Assembly: GCA_041659805.1 (NCBI GenBank) | Contig: JBAZXP010000001.1 | Coordinates: 512,589 to 576,588 of the forward strand | Reading direction: 5' to 3' | Source: Microgenomates group bacterium | GTDB taxonomy: Bacteria > Patescibacteriota > Microgenomatia > Daviesbacterales > UBA10151 | DNA: 64,000 bases | Shown here: positions 39,262 to 48,420 of the stretch, piece after piece | How positions within the stretch are numbered: the stretch's first letter is position 1 | How the letters are laid out: each line of letters starts with the position of its first letter | Position numbers and translations under genes: made by a program | Notes under the pieces: model-generated | The model's input: only the letters and a program-made list of their open reading frames with translations | Databases searched by the model: none | What the model was told of the DNA's origin: nothing

Positions 39262-40587
39262 ATGTTAAAAGAAATGATGGATAAATGTGACATACTGATC
39301 GTTATGTTCTTTTTTAAAGGAAGAGATGCCGAAATTATTATTCCACTTAAATATTATTTAGAAAATATATTCCATCTTAATGTAAAAGTTTGTTCAGTTT
39401 TTGATCCGTATATGATTGATATATATAATCCAGGAATTGTATTAATGGAAAATACTATTGGGTCTGAATTTCATGTCGCTTTCGGAAAATATGCTTTTAA
39501 AAAAGGATATCCTATAGTGAGTCTGGTTTCAGAAGGATATTTAACCGAACAAAATGTACAGACTGATTTATGGGGGTGTAACCTAAAGCATGAGATATAT
39601 TTCAATAAATGGTTTCTTTGGACGCCGGGTTTAAAAAGAATGGCATTAAAATATTTTCCTGACCTAAAGAAAAAAGTTGATCTTGATATCTCAGGAGCAA
39701 TTGGGTTTGATAGATATCAGATATATGATTTCGCTGATCAAAGAAAATTTTTAAAAAAATACCATAAAGAAAAATATAAAAAAGTTATCGGTTACGCAGG
39801 ATGGGTATTTTGTTCGTATTTTAATCCTAAAGAATACGAAAAACTTATTAGTGAATTCGGGCAAAAATACTTTTCCTATTTTAAAAATGATAAAGAGACA
39901 GTTAGTAATATTTTGCGTCAAATCATTAAATCAAATAAAGACACACTTTTTATTTTCAAATTGCATCCAAGCGAGATGGAAGATAATATGGATATTTCAA
40001 GAAGTTGGGCGCAAGAATTTGATAATGTTTTAGTTTTTCAAGCAGAGGAGCCTGTAGCAGATATTATCAACGTCTGTGATATTTGGATGGTTTATGATTC
40101 CACAACATGCACGGAAGCTTGGTTGTTGGGTAAGCCAACAATAGTGATTATGCCTTCACCTAACATAAAATTTCGCAGTGACTGTTATAAAGGTAGTGCG
40201 ATTGCTCGTAATTTACACCAACTTTCAGATCTTATTGATAATTATAAAGAAAAAGAGAGGGTGGAAGGTTTTTATGAGAAGAAAAAATATAGAAAAAAGA
40301 TTATAAGAGCGCTTGTTTACAGAGAAGATGGCCTTAATTTTAAAAGAACTGCAGAGAAGATTCATCAATTTCTTATGATATCTTCAAAACGCCGTGATAC
40401 TTCCCTTTTGTCTTTTAAAATTTGTTATTTAATACAACATTTATCATTGGTTTTGCTTTCTAGACTTATTTGGTTACCTTTTTTGAATAAGTCAACAATT
40501 TTAAAATGGTATAACGAACAACCAGATTTTATTAATTTAGAAAAAAAGTATACTCCTTATATTAGGAAATTCTTAAAAACATCTTAA
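39262..40587 (+). CDS. Surface carbohydrate biosynthesis protein, predicted GT-B fold (candidate nonulosonate transferase)
   Basis: SEG, GAIGFD, FKLHPSE (HP motif) and YDSTTCTEAWLLGKP resemble capsule/teichoic-acid GT-B proteins. Confidence 0.6.
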   Translation: MLKEMMDKCDILIVMFFFKGRDAEIIIPLKYYLENIFHLNVKVCSVFDPYMIDIYNPGIVLMENTIGSEFHVAFGKYAFKKGYPIVSLVSEGYLTEQNVQTDLWGCNLKHEIYFNKWFLWTPGLKRMALKYFPDLKKKVDLDISGAIGFDRYQIYDFADQRKFLKKYHKEKYKKVIGYAGWVFCSYFNPKEYEKLISEFGQKYFSYFKNDKETVSNILRQIIKSNKDTLFIFKLHPSEMEDNMDISRSWAQEFDNVLVFQAEEPVADIINVCDIWMVYDSTTCTEAWLLGKPTIVIMPSPNIKFRSDCYKGSAIARNLHQLSDLIDNYKEKERVEGFYEKKKYRKKIIRALVYREDGLNFKRTAEKIHQFLMISSKRRDTSLLSFKICYLIQHLSLVLLSRLIWLPFLNKSTILKWYNEQPDFINLEKKYTPYIRKFLKTS

Positions 40588-40591
40588 AGTT

Positions 40592-42001
40592 TTAGACAGC
40601 TCTGAAGCCGCGAAAACTAGAATCTTTATCAATGTAGAGTTTTCGTGCAGTTTTTATAGCATTTTTGCATGACTGTTTATAATATGCTTCTAGAAGGGTT
40701 TTATTTGCTTTAAATAATGCTTCATGGAATTTGTCGTCTGTCATATTTGTGAAATTAACCGCTAATAGGTCCGAATTGATGTGTTTATTTTCATAAAAAT
40801 CCTTCGGACCTTTTAATAAGCCTTTTTCTATCGCATAATAGTATAGAGGGGAACCTGGGTATGGAGTTACTGGCCGTATGGTACGGAGTTGAGCATGATC
40901 GTCGTATTTTAAAAGAAAATCGACACCTTTTTGCAACGAGGTTCTTGTTTCTCCTATGTTTCCGAAAATAATATTTAATCCGGGGCTAATTCCTACATCC
41001 AAAGTATTTTTTATTCCTTCATGGATCATTTTAATAGTTAAGCCTTTTTTCATAGTAATTAAGGCTTTTTGGTCTAAGGATTCAATGCCATAGTTTATAA
41101 AGATGCAGCCGGCTTTTTTCATGAGTTGTAAAACTTCTTTATTTGCGAAATTTAATCTGCCGTTACAATCCCATTTAAACTTCATTCCCGATTTTAATAT
41201 TCCTTCGCATAGCTCAACAGTTCTTTGTTGAGAAGACATTAACAAATCATCAGAAAAGGTAATTGCTGTAATATTGTAATCAGTTTGAAGTTTTTTAACT
41301 TCTTCTAAAATATTTCCTATTGATCTTGGTCTGAACCCTTTATCCATTCTGTAGCAGAAATTACACTGAAAAATACATCCTCTCCCTGAAAGAACGGGCA
41401 TTAGACGATCGCTTCTTAGTATATTGGGGGTTCGGTATAAAGAATAATGATTTATCGGAAATAATTCCCAAGAGGGAAAATCGATTTTATCTATATCTGT
41501 AATTAACGGTCTGGGCGGATTTATTACATATTTCTTGCCGTCTCTGTAGGCAATTCCATTAATGGGAGAAAGCGAGTGTTTCCCTGCAAGCGCCTTCATT
41601 ACTTCGAGAATAGTAATCTCTCCTTCTCCTCTGACGATAATGTCAGCACCGGTCTTTTTCAGAAAATATTCCGGTTCAGGTGCAGGCCCATGGCCACCTA
41701 ATATATAAATAGGACGTCTTTTTGATTTATTGATAGCATCAGAAAGTTTAAGAAGCTTTTGGTATTGATAATAACCTGCAATTACACTAACTCCGATTAC
41801 ATCAAAATGTTCTCTATCTAATAGGTCTGTGAGATGTTGTTCAGGCCAATGATAAATATCTTGATTATATACAGTAACATCGTAGCCAGCCTTTATTAGC
41901 GGTGTTGCAATGTATGCGAGTCCCTGAGGGAACCAGGAGACTAAAGAATCATTATCATAAACGACAAGAAGAACGCGACCTATATTTTTTTTGGCTTTCA
42001 T
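40592..42001 (-). CDS. Cobalamin-binding radical SAM enzyme
   Basis: PQGLAYIA, LGGHGP, RGEGE, GRGCIFQCNFC, FSDD, YGIES and TPYPGSPLY. Confidence 0.93.
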   Translation of the reverse strand: MKAKKNIGRVLLVVYDNDSLVSWFPQGLAYIATPLIKAGYDVTVYNQDIYHWPEQHLTDLLDREHFDVIGVSVIAGYYQYQKLLKLSDAINKSKRRPIYILGGHGPAPEPEYFLKKTGADIIVRGEGEITILEVMKALAGKHSLSPINGIAYRDGKKYVINPPRPLITDIDKIDFPSWELFPINHYSLYRTPNILRSDRLMPVLSGRGCIFQCNFCYRMDKGFRPRSIGNILEEVKKLQTDYNITAITFSDDLLMSSQQRTVELCEGILKSGMKFKWDCNGRLNFANKEVLQLMKKAGCIFINYGIESLDQKALITMKKGLTIKMIHEGIKNTLDVGISPGLNIIFGNIGETRTSLQKGVDFLLKYDDHAQLRTIRPVTPYPGSPLYYYAIEKGLLKGPKDFYENKHINSDLLAVNFTNMTDDKFHEALFKANKTLLEAYYKQSCKNAIKTARKLYIDKDSSFRGFRAV

Positions 42002-42074
42002 ATTTATAAGGATAAGAGGTGATAAGGTTATATATTAATAAGAATTTTTTGTCAAGTTAACTTTTCTTGCGTTT

Positions 42075-42080
42075 TATGAT
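42075..42080 (+). promoter_or_regulatory. Putative -10 hexamer
   Basis: TATGAT 8 nt before ATG 42089, with no SD. Confidence 0.4.
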
Positions 42081-42088
42081 AAAAAGAT

Positions 42089-42883
42089 ATGAATAATATG
42101 GATAAAAGAATTAAATATTGGGAAAAAAACTATGTTGAATATTGGAAAGATAGGGTTAGCGATAATTCTAAAAACAATTTAGCTAAAAAAGATGTTTTAC
42201 CGCCTGATTTAAAAATATTTAAAAAATATTATAAAAAAGCTCTTAGCTATATAAATAAAAATTCTCCCACAATTCTTGATATAGGAATTGGCTTCGGAAG
42301 GTTTGCTCCTCTTTATAAAGAAAATTTTGAATCTAATATATGGGGTAGTGATATTTCCCAAGGAATGGTGGATGAATGTAAAAAGAATTATCCTGAAATA
42401 TCCAAACAGATTAAAACAGCACCTGCTGAAACTCAGCCATTTAAAGACGCAAGCATGGATTTAATTATTTGTTGGGCAACTTTTGATGCTACCTTTCAGG
42501 ACAAAACATTATGGGAATTTCAAAGACTTTTAAAAATAGGAGGTTTGGCTTTAATTACAGGAAAAAATGACAAGTATCTTGCAACTGATAAGAAAGCACT
42601 AACAGCTGAAATTAATGCACGTAAAAAGGGTCATCCGAATTATTTTACTGACATTAATTTTCTCGAACAACACATTAAAGATTTCGGTTTTGAGATTGTA
42701 AAACTATTTAAATTTAAAAGAAGAGGGGATTTTGCAAACGATTTAAGTACGAATGAATCCTCTCGAAAATTTTATGAATATATTTTGATTTTGAGAAAAA
42801 CTGCACAGGGTAAAAATAAGCACAAGATTGCCTCAAAATTTAGTAAAGTCTATAAACAAATAGATAAAACAATAGGTGAATAG
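42089..42883 (+). CDS. Class I SAM-dependent methyltransferase
   Basis: ILDIGIGFGR, GSDIS, PFKDASMD and RLLKIGG. Confidence 0.87.
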   Translation: MNNMDKRIKYWEKNYVEYWKDRVSDNSKNNLAKKDVLPPDLKIFKKYYKKALSYINKNSPTILDIGIGFGRFAPLYKENFESNIWGSDISQGMVDECKKNYPEISKQIKTAPAETQPFKDASMDLIICWATFDATFQDKTLWEFQRLLKIGGLALITGKNDKYLATDKKALTAEINARKKGHPNYFTDINFLEQHIKDFGFEIVKLFKFKRRGDFANDLSTNESSRKFYEYILILRKTAQGKNKHKIASKFSKVYKQIDKTIGE

Positions 42884-42885
42884 AT

Positions 42886-43749
42886 ATGGCATATTTTGCA
42901 ATAATTTTGAGTTTAACCTTTTGGTCTATTACTCAAATTATTCTCAAATCCATTGTTGATAAATTACCCAAGTCGAAGGCTCTCATCGCTCAATATATAA
43001 TTTCATTTTTATTCATCGTATTTTATGCGATCTTCACAGAACAAATCCAAATGGAAATAGGATTTTTTTTAATCACATTCGCAGGTTTTCTGAGCTCTAT
43101 CGGAGCTTATTTTCAATGGAGAGCATATAAAATTAGTCTAAGCAAGACAGGGTTATTTATGCCATTTATGAATATTATTGCTGCAATATTAACAGCAATA
43201 TTTTTGAAAGAAAAATTCCTTTATTCGAATATCGAATTTGTTTTAGGAGTTATTTTTTCTTTTATTGCTTCTTTTTTACTCGTTAGAAAGAAATCAAATG
43301 ATAAAAGTAAACTTGATTTGGAATGGTTATTTTCAGTTTTTGGGATGATAATTTTTACAGGAATCACATTATTTCTAATGAAAGTTTTTTCTTTTTCTAT
43401 ATCCAGGACTCAATTTTTAATTTACTGGTATTTGGGAGCAATTTTAGGTTCTGCAATATTTTTATGGGCAGGAAGGCACGATCAAAATAAATTATTTCAA
43501 AAAGGTTTTTGGAAAATTCCGTTAGCCAGCATAGGAACCTTAGGAACTTTGGCGGCTTTATATTGGGCTTTCCAAATTGCTCCTGCAGCTATAGTATTGC
43601 CTATACAGGCATTCGGGACTGCTTTTATTCCATTAATTTTAGGATTAGCAATTTTTAAAGAAAGAAAAATTTTGACAAAATATGAGATAATCGGTTTCTT
43701 ATTTGGAGCAATTGGAGTTGCACTAATTATAGTAAGCGGAAGAACATAA
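42886..43749 (+). CDS. EamA/DMT-family transporter
   Basis: 287 aa with 10 TM segments in two repeats ending IFLKEK and IFKERK. Confidence 0.85.
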   Translation: MAYFAIILSLTFWSITQIILKSIVDKLPKSKALIAQYIISFLFIVFYAIFTEQIQMEIGFFLITFAGFLSSIGAYFQWRAYKISLSKTGLFMPFMNIIAAILTAIFLKEKFLYSNIEFVLGVIFSFIASFLLVRKKSNDKSKLDLEWLFSVFGMIIFTGITLFLMKVFSFSISRTQFLIYWYLGAILGSAIFLWAGRHDQNKLFQKGFWKIPLASIGTLGTLAALYWAFQIAPAAIVLPIQAFGTAFIPLILGLAIFKERKILTKYEIIGFLFGAIGVALIIVSGRT

Positions 43750-43751
43750 AT

Positions 43752-44477
43752 ATGTATAAAAAGAAGAAAATAATTTTGACAATTTGTGCTAGAGGTGGCT
43801 CTAAAGGTTTACCTGGGAAAAATACGAAAAATCTTTTAGGAAAACCGCTAATAGCTTATTCTATAGAACAAGCTAAGACTCTTAGTTGGATAGACCGGAT
43901 AGTAATTTCAACTGATGATAAAGAAATAAAAAAGGTAGCAGAAAAAATGGGAGTAGAGGTACCATTTATGAGACCTGCAGCATTAGCTACAGATGTAGCT
44001 CCTAAAATCCCCGTATTTTTGCACGCTATTCAAGAAGCCGAAAAATATTGGAATGAGAAATATGATATTTGGGTGGATTTAGATGCTACCAGTCCTTTAC
44101 GCTTTACAGACGATATTAAAAAAACCATTGATCTTTTGTTTGCTCGTGATACATTGTCAGTCATCACAGCAATGGAGTCTCATCATAATCCTTATTATAA
44201 TATGGTAGAAATGGATGACCAAAAATATGTTTCTGTATCAAAGAAGCTTTCACAATCTGTTACAAGGAGACAGGATGCTCCGAAGGTATATGCCATGAAC
44301 GGGAGCATTTATGTTATGTGGAGGGACGAACTTCTTAAACGAGGAACCTTTTTTACCAATAAGACAAAATTGTATATTATGCCTCCTGAAAGATCTTTTG
44401 ATATAGATAATTTGGTAGATTTTGAAATAGTTAAGCTTTATTTAAAGCAGCGGGTAAAAAAGGAAAAAACTAATTAA
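43752..44477 (+). CDS. neuA: CMP-nonulosonic acid synthetase (NeuA/LegF)
   Basis: ARGGSKGLPGKN, STDD, PFMRP, TSPLR, TRRQDAP, NGSIY and DID. Confidence 0.93.
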   Translation: MYKKKKIILTICARGGSKGLPGKNTKNLLGKPLIAYSIEQAKTLSWIDRIVISTDDKEIKKVAEKMGVEVPFMRPAALATDVAPKIPVFLHAIQEAEKYWNEKYDIWVDLDATSPLRFTDDIKKTIDLLFARDTLSVITAMESHHNPYYNMVEMDDQKYVSVSKKLSQSVTRRQDAPKVYAMNGSIYVMWRDELLKRGTFFTNKTKLYIMPPERSFDIDNLVDFEIVKLYLKQRVKKEKTN

Positions 44478-46086
44478 TTGTTTTCCTGGAATGTTTGGCA
44501 TAATAATCATTTACCATTTTTTCAACTATTTTAATTTTTTGTCCTAAAGTTTCTCCCCGTTCGCGATCCTTTTTTGTAACCAGTTTTCCCAGTCTATGCT
44601 TACCACGACAGGCATAAAGAATTTCTTTAGGTGTGTAATCGGCTTTTTTGCCATTAATATCGCTGGCAAATAACCCTGCGGCGTCCCATAAGGTCATGGT
44701 TGTCCAGGCATCCAGATCTCCTGTCCATTTCAACTTTCCTTCTTCTATCATCACTGCAAGTTGTGTACTTGGCAGAGGGGTACAGATTGAAATCATGGCA
44801 TATACAGCGCCTTTCTTTTCCAATTTCTGGATATATTTTAATGTTTCAAGAGTTTGTTGGGGGGTTTCTCCGGGGAGACCAACCATGTTTAATAATTTCA
44901 CTTCGATGCCCGCTTTAGCCATCGCCTCAGTCGCATCCTCTATAGTTTTATTAGAAATCATTTTTCCTATTGCTTGATACCTTAATATTTCGCTGCCTGT
45001 TTCAGGTGCGATGTGTAATTGACGACAGCCTGCTTTATATATTAGTTGCAAAAGATTCATTTTACGTCCTTTGTAAGTAACTTTATACTCAGCGGCTCTT
45101 GTAACTAAATTTGCTCTGGTAATAGCTGTCCAAATACAGCCTTTAAGTTTAGGATTTTCTAAAATCATTCGTGCGGTTTTTTCTACTACATCCAGTTGCA
45201 CTAAATAAAGATCATCAGTAAGATAAAAATCCACGACACCTAATTTTTTTAAATATTCCATATGTTTAATAATATTTTTAGGTGTTAGCCCTCTCCATTT
45301 ATGACCCGATACTTCCTGGTCACAAAAAAAGCATGCGTTAGGGCATCCCCGGGAAGTAAGCATGGCAAGTTGAAATTCTCCTTTTTGAGGAGTGAATTCA
45401 GAGAGATGATATTTGGTTAAATCACCCAGCAGCTCATATTCAGGAATCGGAATTTTATTAATATCTTCTATCCTTTCAGCATGTTTAGGCCAGTCAATTT
45501 TTTTACCCAAATCTTTAATGTTTTGGGTTAATCTGGTATACCCACGAACCTTATCCTTTACATAATGCAGTTTACCTTTTTTATCTTTGAATACAATTCC
45601 CGGCACTTTTTTCAATAATTTTTGATTACCCCAATTTTTAATTAAAATAGGAGTAACTAATTCGCCTTCACCGACAACCTCATAGGAAAAGATGTCACCA
45701 TATTTTTCCATTGTTCTTACCGGAACTGCACTTGGGTGAGGGCCTCCCAAAAACTGCCGGTATTTTGATGATTTTTCTTTAAGTTTTTTGGCAATCCGCG
45801 CAGTTTTATCAATTGTAGTTATCCATCCAGCCCATCCCACATACCCTCCATCCGGCATTATTTCCAGTATTCTATCTACTGTTTCATCTTCAGTTAACAA
45901 TTCCTTATCTGCATCAAGAACAGCAACTTTGAACCCCTGTTTTTTTAAGCATGTCGCTACGCATAAGATTCCGACAGAAGGTATACTGTGTGCACCACCC
46001 CTTGCTTTAAGTTCGGGAATATCTCTTTCGGCAAATGAATTAGGAGCCACAAGTACGATATCAGGAGTAATAATTTTTTTAGCCAT
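44470..46086 (-). CDS. Cobalamin-binding radical SAM enzyme
   Basis: PSVGIL, LGGPHPS, VGEGE, TSRGCPNACFFC, LTDD, PETGS and MVGLPGET. Confidence 0.92.
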   Translation of the reverse strand: MAKKIITPDIVLVAPNSFAERDIPELKARGGAHSIPSVGILCVATCLKKQGFKVAVLDADKELLTEDETVDRILEIMPDGGYVGWAGWITTIDKTARIAKKLKEKSSKYRQFLGGPHPSAVPVRTMEKYGDIFSYEVVGEGELVTPILIKNWGNQKLLKKVPGIVFKDKKGKLHYVKDKVRGYTRLTQNIKDLGKKIDWPKHAERIEDINKIPIPEYELLGDLTKYHLSEFTPQKGEFQLAMLTSRGCPNACFFCDQEVSGHKWRGLTPKNIIKHMEYLKKLGVVDFYLTDDLYLVQLDVVEKTARMILENPKLKGCIWTAITRANLVTRAAEYKVTYKGRKMNLLQLIYKAGCRQLHIAPETGSEILRYQAIGKMISNKTIEDATEAMAKAGIEVKLLNMVGLPGETPQQTLETLKYIQKLEKKGAVYAMISICTPLPSTQLAVMIEEGKLKWTGDLDAWTTMTLWDAAGLFASDINGKKADYTPKEILYACRGKHRLGKLVTKKDRERGETLGQKIKIVEKMVNDYYAKHSRKTIN

Positions 46087-46095
46087 GATTGCGAA

Positions 46096-46104
46096 ATTAT
46101 AGCA
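46096..46104 (-). promoter_or_regulatory. Extended -10 element, near-leaderless
   Basis: Perfect TGCTATAAT on the minus strand, 9 nt before ATG 46086. Confidence 0.65.
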
Positions 46105-46124
46105 TAAGGAAAGTCATCATAAAA

Positions 46125-47291
46125 TTATATTTCAAAGACTTTCGTAAAAGTATTTCCTTCTAAATCATGAGCTGCTATGCCAGCAGTTTTACCCCTATCT
46201 TCCGGAATTAAATTATATTCCCATGTATCCTTGTCTTTTTTAAACATTGGCTTCCAAATATAGATATTTTTACTATATTTAATTGCTAAAAAAGGCTGGT
46301 GGTTATATAAGCTTTTGTTGGTTTTAATTTGTATTTTTTCCGATTCTTTTTTAATCCTAAGTTTTAAAATTTTTCCTGATCGGATTTTCTGAAACATTTT
46401 TATGGCATCTTTGCCTGAGGTATATGAAAATTTAATCCCAGTTTTTTTTGAGGATTCTGAAATCCATTGCATGATTTGTTCAAATTCATGAGCTCGGTCA
46501 CGAAAATCATGATCAAAAACAGATAAAATAATATCAGAATTTTTTGCATCTTTAAAAGCTTTCAAAATTTCTTCTTTTATAACGGTATGTGCACCAGATT
46601 TAACATCCAAGGAGCGGATGATCAACCTTTTCATTTTTCCAGAGACTGTAAAATCAACTTCTGACGGATGATATGGAATCCAATTGTTTGGAGCTTTGTG
46701 CCAGCTAAGCAAGTCTCTCAATTTATTACCATCCGCTTCAATTTTCTCCCAGTTTATATTACTGCCATTTCTATTTGAATAGTCATAAGGAATCCACTGT
46801 TCTAACCAATTAGATTGATTAGTATCTTCGATTGTTCCGCCCGAACGATAAACTATCGGAAAGAACTTTCGATCAATGATAAATCTGCATAATTGATTTT
46901 CATATTCACGGTTTGTAAACCAGTTTAAACCCCATTCATTTCCAATCCCGGTTATTGAAGCATGGTGATAGTGCCAGCCAATTTCATCTTGATACTTTTT
47001 GATCTGTTTACCCCATTTTTTTAAATAATGGTCATAAACTTTATGATAACCGAGTTCATGTTGAATGGGGTTTGTAAGAAATCCTGTCCAATTTAACATA
47101 AACCAGGTGAAAACTGCAGGCTTTCCGGTACTATCGGGAAATGAATAACGGAAATTATCAGAAAAGACTTTTGATAAAAATATTTTATCAATATCTTTCC
47201 AACTACCTAAAAGTTGGGAAGGTTGATGATAGTTTGGGTCTGTGAAAGGTCCTTCAGTATCAATACAAAAAACAACAAAAACTCTATTCAT
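46125..47291 (-). CDS. Hypothetical protein, possible polysaccharide deacetylase-like (NodB/CE4-type barrel)
   Basis: CIDTEGP, EIGWHYHH, YRSGG and FDHD match the spacing of metal-binding deacetylase-like folds. The C-terminal tail is beta-rich. Confidence 0.5.
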   Translation of the reverse strand: MNRVFVVFCIDTEGPFTDPNYHQPSQLLGSWKDIDKIFLSKVFSDNFRYSFPDSTGKPAVFTWFMLNWTGFLTNPIQHELGYHKVYDHYLKKWGKQIKKYQDEIGWHYHHASITGIGNEWGLNWFTNREYENQLCRFIIDRKFFPIVYRSGGTIEDTNQSNWLEQWIPYDYSNRNGSNINWEKIEADGNKLRDLLSWHKAPNNWIPYHPSEVDFTVSGKMKRLIIRSLDVKSGAHTVIKEEILKAFKDAKNSDIILSVFDHDFRDRAHEFEQIMQWISESSKKTGIKFSYTSGKDAIKMFQKIRSGKILKLRIKKESEKIQIKTNKSLYNHQPFLAIKYSKNIYIWKPMFKKDKDTWEYNLIPEDRGKTAGIAAHDLEGNTFTKVFEI

Positions 47292-47304
47292 TTATTTTTA
47301 TTTG

Positions 47305-47317
47305 TGATATTCTACCA
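47305..47317. promoter_or_regulatory. Overlapping divergent extended -10 elements
   Basis: TGaTATTCT on + (47305-47313) and TGgTAGAAT on - (47317-47309), inside a 32 bp divergent gap. Confidence 0.55.
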
Positions 47318-47323
47318 CATATT

Positions 47324-48373
47324 ATGATGGAAATTGGCGAAAAAAAGATTGGTGGAAATAATCCTGTATTCATTATTGCCGAAGCTGGTGTAAATCACAA
47401 TGGTAAGTTAGATTTAGCTCTGCAGCTGGTTGACGTTGCTGCAGCATCCGGAGCTGATGTTATAAAATTTCAAACCTTCAAAGCAGAACAAGTAGCAACT
47501 GAAAAAGGGGAAATGGCTGATTATCAAAAAGCTAACTTGGGTAAAGTGGAATCTCAACAGGATATGCTCAGGAAGCTTGAGCTAAAAGAACAATTTTATG
47601 AACCTATTATTAAAAGATGCAAGGAAAAGAATATCATGTTTCTTTCTACACCTCATGGGGGAGTAGAAAGTGTAGATTTTTTAGAAAATTTGGGAGTGGA
47701 GGCATTTAAGGTAGGATCAGGTGACTTAACCAATTACTTACTTTTAAACAGACTGGCAAAAACCAAAAAACCTGTAATTCTAAGTTCAGGAATGGCAACT
47801 TTAAAAGAAGTTATTGATGCAGTTGAATTCATAAAAAGCAAAGGTTGTAAAAAGTTAGCAATGCTTCACTGCACCACCGATTATCCGTGTTCTTCCGAGA
47901 AAGTGAATATGGCCTCAATGGTTACCATGATGAAAAGATTAGATGTTCCTGTAGGATATTCTGATCATACTCAAGGTGTTGTTGCAGCTATTATGGCAAC
48001 AACACTGGGTGCAACAATTTATGAATGCCATTTCACTGTAGATAAAAAATTACCTGGTCCTGATCATGTCGCTTCAGTTAGTCCTGAAGAACTAAAAATG
48101 AGAATAGATGCCATAAGGGACGTAGGAGTAATGATGGGGAGCGCCAAAAAGGTTCCTAATAAAAGTGAATTGAAATTAATTTCAATTGTAAGAAGAAGTA
48201 TTGTAGCTGCATCAGATTTATCCTCAGGGCATTTGTTAACGCTTAAAGATTTAGAAGCAAAAAGACCGGGTGATGGTATTTCTCCGAAAGAATACGAAAA
48301 GCTTTTAGGGAAAACTCTCAAGAATGATTTATCAAAAGATCAACAGATCCAAAAAACTGATATTAGACACTAG
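47324..48373 (+). CDS. neuB: Nonulosonic acid synthase (NeuB/LegI)
   Basis: IIAEAGVNHNG, KFQTF, KVGSGD, LHCTTDYP, GYSDHT, PGPDH and a C-terminal SAF domain (KRPGDGI). Confidence 0.95.
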   Translation: MMEIGEKKIGGNNPVFIIAEAGVNHNGKLDLALQLVDVAAASGADVIKFQTFKAEQVATEKGEMADYQKANLGKVESQQDMLRKLELKEQFYEPIIKRCKEKNIMFLSTPHGGVESVDFLENLGVEAFKVGSGDLTNYLLLNRLAKTKKPVILSSGMATLKEVIDAVEFIKSKGCKKLAMLHCTTDYPCSSEKVNMASMVTMMKRLDVPVGYSDHTQGVVAAIMATTLGATIYECHFTVDKKLPGPDHVASVSPEELKMRIDAIRDVGVMMGSAKKVPNKSELKLISIVRRSIVAASDLSSGHLLTLKDLEAKRPGDGISPKEYEKLLGKTLKNDLSKDQQIQKTDIRH

Positions 48374-48420
48374 CATTCATAAATTGACGTATATATAATC
48401 TGTCTCATAAAGGGAATTTT

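Noticed and set aside
42002-42088. Possible cobalamin or SAM riboswitch upstream of the radical SAM genes (also checked 30143-30162, 46087-46124 and 53683-53783)
   Set aside because: The gaps are 20-101 bp, AT-rich and lack B12-box or S-box motifs.
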